Assembly (NCBI GenBank): GCA_963796055.1
Contig: CAWCKH010000004.1
Coordinates: 2,528,001-2,592,000 of the forward strand
Length of the DNA: 64,000 nt
Source of the DNA: an uncultured delta proteobacterium
Lineage (GTDB): Bacteria; Myxococcota; Myxococcia; Myxococcales; Myxococcaceae
Direction: 5' to 3'
Both the position numbers and the translations under genes were made by a program. The notes under the pieces are model-generated. The model did no database searches and was not told the DNA's origin. It saw nothing but the letters and a program-made list of their open reading frames with translations. This document shows, piece by piece, positions 63,214-64,000 of this stretch (the first letter of the stretch is position 1; each line of letters opens with the position of its first letter).

Positions 63214-64000
63214 TCAGGGTCTCCCGCCGCCCTTGCCGTTCCCGCTCGCCTCGCTTCCGGAGCTGGGGCCGGTGCTCGCCTCGGCGCTGGCCGCCGCTGG
63301 TCCGGTCGATCCGGCGGGGGGGAGCGTGCCGTGCGGCGACACCGCGGTGAGGGTGGGCGTGGAGATCGGGGTGATGGCCACCAGCACCGGATGGCCCGCC
63401 CGGGTGATGCGCACGCGGAGCGCGCCGCCGGGCCCGGTCTGCGCCACCTTCCACCGGAGCGCCTGCGCCCGTTGCACGGGGGTGCGGTTCACCTCGAGGA
63501 TGATGTCCCCGGTGCGGAGGCCGGCGCGCTGCGCGGGGCTGCCGGCGACGACGTCCGAGACCATGACCCCGCTGTAGCTCGGGCGCCCGAGGCTCTTCGC
63601 CACGTCGGGCGTGAGGTCGACGACCGACAGCCCGAGCCAGCCTCGCCGGACCTGCCCGTGGAGCCGGAGCTCGTCGACCACCGCCCGGGCCACGTCCACG
63701 GGAATGGCGAAGCCGATGCCCTGGCCAGTGGTGTTCACCGCGTTGGCGATGCCCACCACCTTGCCGTCGATGCCCAGCACCGGCCCGCCCGAGTTGCCGG
63801 GATTGATCGCGGCGTCGGTCTGGATGAAGTCCACGAAGCCGGTGCGCGCCCCGGGGATGATGTCGGTGCGTCCCTTGGCGCTCACCACGCCCACCGAGAC
63901 CGACCGGTCCAGTCCGTACGGGCTGCCGATGACCACCACCCAGTCGGCAATCTCGACGTCGTCGGCGCTGCCAAGGGCGAGGCTGGGGAGCCTGCGGTGC
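63214..64000 (-). CDS. HtrA/DegP-family serine protease with PDZ domain (5' end outside the window)
   Basis: IGSPYGL, FIQTDAAINPGNSGGP, GIGFAIP, RGWLG, GSPA..AGL..GD. Confidence 0.93.
   Translation of the reverse strand, partial: HRRLPSLALGSADDVEIADWVVVIGSPYGLDRSVSVGVVSAKGRTDIIPGARTGFVDFIQTDAAINPGNSGGPVLGIDGKVVGIANAVNTTGQGIGFAIPVDVARAVVDELRLHGQVRRGWLGLSVVDLTPDVAKSLGRPSYSGVMVSDVVAGSPAQRAGLRTGDIILEVNRTPVQRAQALRWKVAQTGPGGALRVRITRAGHPVLVAITPISTPTLTAVSPHGTLPPAGSTGPAAASAEASTGPSSGSEASGNGKGGGRP

Overview
High-GC myxobacterial (Myxococcales-like) core chromosome, mostly housekeeping genes. It carries a complete his operon (hisG-D-C-H-A-B-F-N-IE), cystathionine gamma-lyase/synthase and beta-synthase, thrB/thrC, an amgK/murU-like pair, a pph1-like PP2C phosphatase, tsaD-rsmA-kinase-panB-panC-smpB-sspB, the rimP-nusA-ylxR-infB-DUF503-rbfA-truB-rpsO-pnp cluster, dut, purB/purC and a HelD-like helicase. 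Two near-identical IS1182-family elements (17-bp TIRs, CTAG target duplication) are present. No rRNA, tRNA or CRISPR array was seen. Main signals not shown by the ORF track: (1) an His-rich leader peptide with mutually exclusive RNA helices ahead of hisG, a candidate attenuator; (2) a FecR domain apparently split across two genes near its usual Gly-Thr self-cleavage position, in an operon with a PmxA-like HAMP/HD-GYP phosphodiesterase carrying an RPYQ motif; (3) both IS copies inserted in CTAG tetramers that are TAG stop codons, one of them a stop shared by purB and a convergent unannotated 49-aa gene with a sigma54-type promoter; (4) an ECF sigma/anti-sigma pair flanked by two outward CATCC-N15/16-CCGTA motifs whose target genes look decayed; (5) several frameshifts, mostly in homopolymers (smpB, ylxR, IS copy 2, a response regulator), probably assembly errors. 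All family assignments come from motif recognition by eye; no database search was run.
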